Positions 59,169 through 64,000 of a stretch of 64,000 nt of DNA are shown in pieces. The position numbers and the translations under genes were made by a program. The notes under the pieces are model-generated. The model made no database searches, was not told the origin of the DNA, and saw only the letters and a program-made list of their open reading frames with translations. The stretch's first letter is position 1. Each line of letters opens with the position of its first letter. The stretch is from Chrysomallon squamiferum (lineage: Eukaryota; Animalia; Mollusca), in the NCBI GenBank assembly GCA_012295275.1, contig CM022671.1, positions 2,046,001 through 2,110,000 on the forward strand, read 5' to 3'.

Positions 59169-62133
59169 GTCTTTGTTTTTTACAACCTCTATAAACATAT
59201 CAATTAAATCAGATATGTAGGCAGACAGACACTCACGTACATACGTACAGAATGAGTGATAATCATTGATTAAGTAAAGACTTCTAGTAGATTCTTTATT
59301 TTTTCGATTGTCTCCTTTGTGCGTACACTAAATCTGGCATATCTAATACCAACGTACTAAATAATCAAAATGAAATGAAATTAAATTAAATAAATGACAT
59401 GAAAATTGTTTAAAGATCATGAAAAATAAATGCACAAGACAAATGAAGGAAATCCCTTATACAAGCAAATACACATACAGAGTACTAAATATATATCCAT
59501 TAAATGGTAAAGAAATGTCTGAGTATAAATCTCAATTAAATAAACAAACATTCGCTGGCGCATTTTATATTTATTACACAACTGCATTATAATTTATAAC
59601 AACTTACTTGCGTATAACATAAACAGCTAAAAGAACAATGAAAAACAGAACCGTCGCAGTGAATGCAAAAATTAATTCAAATTTTGTCGCAAAACCTACA
59701 AATACAAAAAATATAAAAAAATATAAAATAATAATAATAATAATTACACGAGGTTCATCAGTAATATCCATTAATATCATTTAACAAAACGAATAAAATT
59801 AAATATGGATAAACATGTTTTATTAGAAATATATATAAAGAAGTCTTTAAATGAAAATTAACATATATAATAAAAAAAATATTTTAGCAGTTTTAATAGT
59901 CATTGTAAAAAAACATAATATAATAAAAAAAAGTTTCAGACCTTATATTCTTTCATTTTTCTTTTTTCTTTTTAATTCTTTTTTTCTTTTTTTTTTATTC
60001 TTTTTTTTTTCTTTCTTTTTTTCACAGAATATTTTATTTGTATATCATTAATTGTATCTGTTACTTAACATATTAGGCCATTTTATATTTTACCTTCAAG
60101 TTTAGGAGAATTCTGCAGACAATATCTGCCGGTCCATCCAGGATGACAGCCTTCAAGACACGTTCCATCATTTTCACAAAGTTGTTTAATACAGTTTTTA
60201 CTGCACTTCATGTTACATGTGTCACCATATCATCCATCAATGTATCCTTCCGAACATTTTGTTCCAATTTTGTTACAGGTTCCATTTCGACATCCTAAAC
60301 TGCATTTCTTTTCGCATCGGTCTCCAAACCATCCTTTAATACAACCATGTAAACACTGCCCTGAATCTCGACCGCAGGAAGATTTGCTAATGTTATTGTA
60401 ATTTAAATTGCAATTCTCTGAACAGCGATCTGAACAGTAGTAACCAAAATACCCTTCTCTGCACACGTGACAAATTCCTGTGTGTTTCAGGCAACCATTG
60501 TTGTTGCAGTTGTTGCACTCGTGTTGACACTTGGGTCCGAACCAACCAGATCGACAGGAACCTAAGAATAATGACCATGTCAGTGTTTTCAGTGATAAAC
60601 ATATTTTAATATTGGATATTCGCTTTCTCTCTATCTATCTATCTCTGTCTGTCTTTCTCCCTATCTGTCTATCTTTCTTTATCTCTACTCCAGTATGTGT
60701 GTGTATTTATAAAGTGTTTATGCGTGTGTGTCGTCAAAGCCTCACTACAACGGGGCTTTCATATCTTCAAATGATAAAACTTGTATCTTAAGAGAGTAAC
60801 CAATTCTTCTCAATATGTGTGTGTGTGTTTGTATAATACATTTTCTTTAATCTCATTTACTATTCATCTCTTTTTCAAATTTTAATTTTTAATAATTATA
60901 CGATCACTAACATTAACTTTTAAAATTTAATAAATTTGTGGTCTACCTTCGGCAATTTTGTTTTTACTGCCACAGTCGGTTCCGAAGTATCCATGGCGAC
61001 ATTCGCATGAACCATCTCTCTGACAATCTCCTCCAAGACATCCTTCATTACACCTCAGAGAACAGTCTACGCCATACATTTTGTCTTTACATTTTAAACA
61101 GTTTCTTTTCTCGTCACATTCTGAACAGTTTTCATTACAATTTGTAGGTATGCATTGTACTCCAATGTATCCAGTTTTACAACCATGTATACACAATTTC
61201 CCATCGTAAGAACATTCTGAATGCAGACAACCCTCGCTACATTTTTCACGGCAGTGATTTCCCCACCAACCTTTTTTGCAGCCATCTAGACATTCTTGTG
61301 AAAATTGATCACACACAGGTTTGCTGCCAAAAGGCGATCCACAATTTTCTGGACATAGTTCTTTACAATTCTTGCCGGTGAAACCAGCAGAACATTTGTA
61401 GCAAGAACCGTTGACTTTATCGCATCCATCGACATCACAGTCTGAACATTTAAGAGTACAGTTTTCACCATACCATCCAGGAAAACACAATTTGCAAGTG
61501 CCATTGCACTGTATGCAGTTGTATGCCCAGTCATGTGGTTCGGTGAAATTTCTCTCTGAAATAATAAATAAATAAATAAATAAATCAAAGAGATAACTTG
61601 TATAAAGATTTTCTAACAATGGTCCACAGAGGAAATAGCTCAGTGGAAGGTCATTATGTCATAGGTCGACCCTCTCAATGCGCTCACTCAGCTATTTGCC
61701 ATAGGTTCCCTCCCCTTGTGACAAACCGTGGTGTATCTTCTTTCACATCGATCACAATAAATGAGTAGACAACAGAGTGGTCATAAGAGGTTATGATAAA
61801 AACAATAGCACATAGATATGCATTTCTGTCTAACTAAATATTTATATATCTTATTCTCTCATACTCTCTGACTGTGTGTCTGTTTAATATAACTGGCATT
61901 TATATGCACAAATACAGCGTAGAAAATGTATTAGGTAATTTATGATTAATTCTTTATATCATCATTAAAAGAGAGGAAAAAGAAATATTGACCATTACTA
62001 TTACACGTTCCGCTCTGGCGATCGCACTGTTTGCAACTGCTACAATTCATATTACAGTGTTTTCCATAATATCCCGGCATGCAGCGTTAGCAGAAACCTT
62101 GACAATAGGAGCAGTGTTGTTGACGGCTTATAG
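58690..62133 (-). pseudogene. R9: subfamily-2 multi-EGF single-pass receptor with premature stops
   Basis: Exons: ~61999-62133 (TAA at 62087-62089), 60947-61555 (203 open codons), 60094-60561 (TGA at 60230-60232 at a GW position), 59608-59695 (TM LIFAFTATVLFFIVLLAVYVI), 58690-58930 (tail DHYDQI, QMYLDPI). No signal-peptide exon is visible. Confidence 0.85.
61630..61790 (+). mobile_element. Decayed tRNA-derived SINE in an R9 intron
   Basis: A-box-like TAGCTCAGTGG, B-box-like GGTCGACCC, then GCTATTT..CCGTGGT..GAGTAG blocks. Confidence 0.5.
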
Positions 62134-62281
62134 CTAATAATGAAAATTAAAAAAAAGAAACACACATCATTATATTTATGTATGTGAATTCTTGTGTCAG
62201 AGTTGATTTTACATCAGTGCGAAAGATGAGATACCAAAATGTAAATAATCAAATAACATTCTCACTGATTTCACATTCAGA

Positions 62282-63893
62282 TTAAAGGTATTCATCACTG
62301 ACAGCTGATGGAGTCATTACACCAAGGTCTGTAAAAAGGAGAGTGAGATACGCAGGTGGTGTATAATCAACCATTGGATGCTCCTTAGTTAAATCTTGAC
62401 AAGATTTCAGTGCAGATGCTTGATACTGGAAAACAGCAATAACATAAACAAAAACATTAATAAAATAATAAAATACTTTAGAAATAACTTTTTTTTATAT
62501 AACAGTGTAAGGTCCTAGTAATTTAATAAAAATAAACATTATAATTTTATTAAATGTAGTAAATATATAATGAATGTGATGAAACTGATTTCACTCTTGT
62601 GAACCAAATAACTCAAGATAAAAAGATTATTTATCATTTCACAAATATAATAAGTGAATTCTAGTAATACAAAAGTAAATAAAATAATGAAATATAGACA
62701 AATCAAACAGAGAGATAGATAGATTACAGAAATATATAATTAAAATGAATAAAAGGGAGAAAAGTAGGGTAATGAAAAAAATGAAACCAAATAAACAAAG
62801 AAAAAAGAAAATAAATTATTTTAAAAAGTGATAAAAATATGAATCTATTTCATGTTACCTTAAACTGATTTGGAATATCCTGCTGATTCAGAGGATAGAG
62901 TCGAACAAACTTAAAACTTTCAGCAACTACGTACACTGGTTTATTCATAGCTTTAGCTTATATGGCCATTGTGTATGTTCCTATCTGTACAGAAACAATA
63001 ACAGAAGCATTAAAGTGTACCTCACATGATATAAACAAATGCTGATAACTATTTTTCATACACCTACATGAATATTTGATTTGTTTCTTGTCACAAGTCT
63101 GTATTAATAATACATTATTATAGTAAAATAATAAACTTCCACACATGAACTGACATTTTTCTCTTCTCCACTTGCCATTTTCCAACAGTTTACTCAGGCA
63201 ATCAGATTTTTAACATATTTCTATTTATCTAAATCTCAGTCCTGTTACATCTTCATAAACCTGTTACTTTATTGTTATCTTTTCTTGCTAGCTAAAACTG
63301 ACTGTCAGAAGAACTTGGAAGTATACATAATATCATCATCATCATCTTCAACATTATTATTATTATTACATCATTATGGTCAACACTTATGATGGACACA
63401 AAATAAATGTTAACTAGATACCTTATTTATAATTCCTCCACTTTCTACTACTCCTTCAACACCTACCAAAACAAGGTCCACTTTTTCCATTACATACCTA
63501 AATAAGCATAACAAAAATATTTGAAGCAAGATTCTACAAGACTATATTTCAAATACTTGATACAAAAATACAAAATTATTTAAACACAAAAATATATATT
63601 CAGAAGAAAAAAAAAGACAATCAGAAAAAGATATAATGAACTTTAAAAGCCAGAACTGATTAAATAGATTACCGTTATGATTATGAAAATTTAATATAGC
63701 CATACAGACAGAAATAGAGAGCCAGATAAACAGACAGAGATGGGGAGGGAGATAAAAATGTGGGTATTTGTCAAATAAGGAAATAATGATTGTTAGAAAG
63801 AATTCATTTTTGAAATCAACTTACCCTACTGCAGAATCCAAAACAACAGTCGTGGGAATACCAAGAGCAGATAACTCTTTGTATGTCTGACAC
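62282..63893 (-). pseudogene. EIF2B1: eIF2B subunit alpha copy 2 (exons 6-9 in window), apparently disabled
   Basis: Exons: 63825-63893 (GIPTTVVLDSAVG), 63422-63497, 62859-62984 ([35 protein letters not shown]), 62282-62425 ([27 protein letters not shown]). In-frame TAA at 62958-62960, GAEG changed to GVEG, and C-terminal LIKL missing. Confidence 0.9.
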
Positions 63894-64000
63894 CTGAAAA
63901 ACCATAAATACACCTGCTACTTTCATTTTAACTGAATAATAAATTTCACTTGTTTTGTTGTTGTTTCTCCTGCTTTGGAGGGTTGTTTTCTTTTAATAGT
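63150..64000 (+). repeat. Segmental duplication partner of window positions ~1-815
   Basis: Intronic and exonic sequence align colinearly; for example TAAATCTCAGT(A/C)CTGTTACATCTTCATAAACCTGTTA occurs at ~131 and ~63230. Confidence 0.92.

Overview
AT-rich, intron- and microsatellite-rich animal DNA, probably molluscan (gastropod-type SINE remnants; inference). Both window ends carry copies of one housekeeping block. On the left is a head-to-head EIF2B1(-)/GTF2H3(+) pair (258-8877), both disabled. On the right is a second EIF2B1 copy (62282-63893) with its own lesions, so the window spans about one ~63-kb unit of a segmental duplication. Between them lies a cluster of at least nine genes or remnants (R1-R9) for Cys-rich EGF-like (MEGF10/SREC/CED-1-type repeat) single-pass receptors in two subfamilies. 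R1, R2, R3 and R7 have complete open spliced models, R5 has an uncertain 3' end, and R4, R6, R8 and R9 are broken. The most notable signals are patchwork ectodomain exons with an almost invariant signal peptide, a chimera between the subfamilies (R3), three interchangeable phase-2 terminal exons behind R2, and Tyr-motif tails. Together they suggest a rapidly diversifying immune or recognition receptor locus. Also present are a truncated class A GPCR ORF, a hAT transposon remnant, two fold-back hairpins and a 46-bp minisatellite. All gene models were read by hand, and homology calls rest on recalled protein sequences, not database searches.
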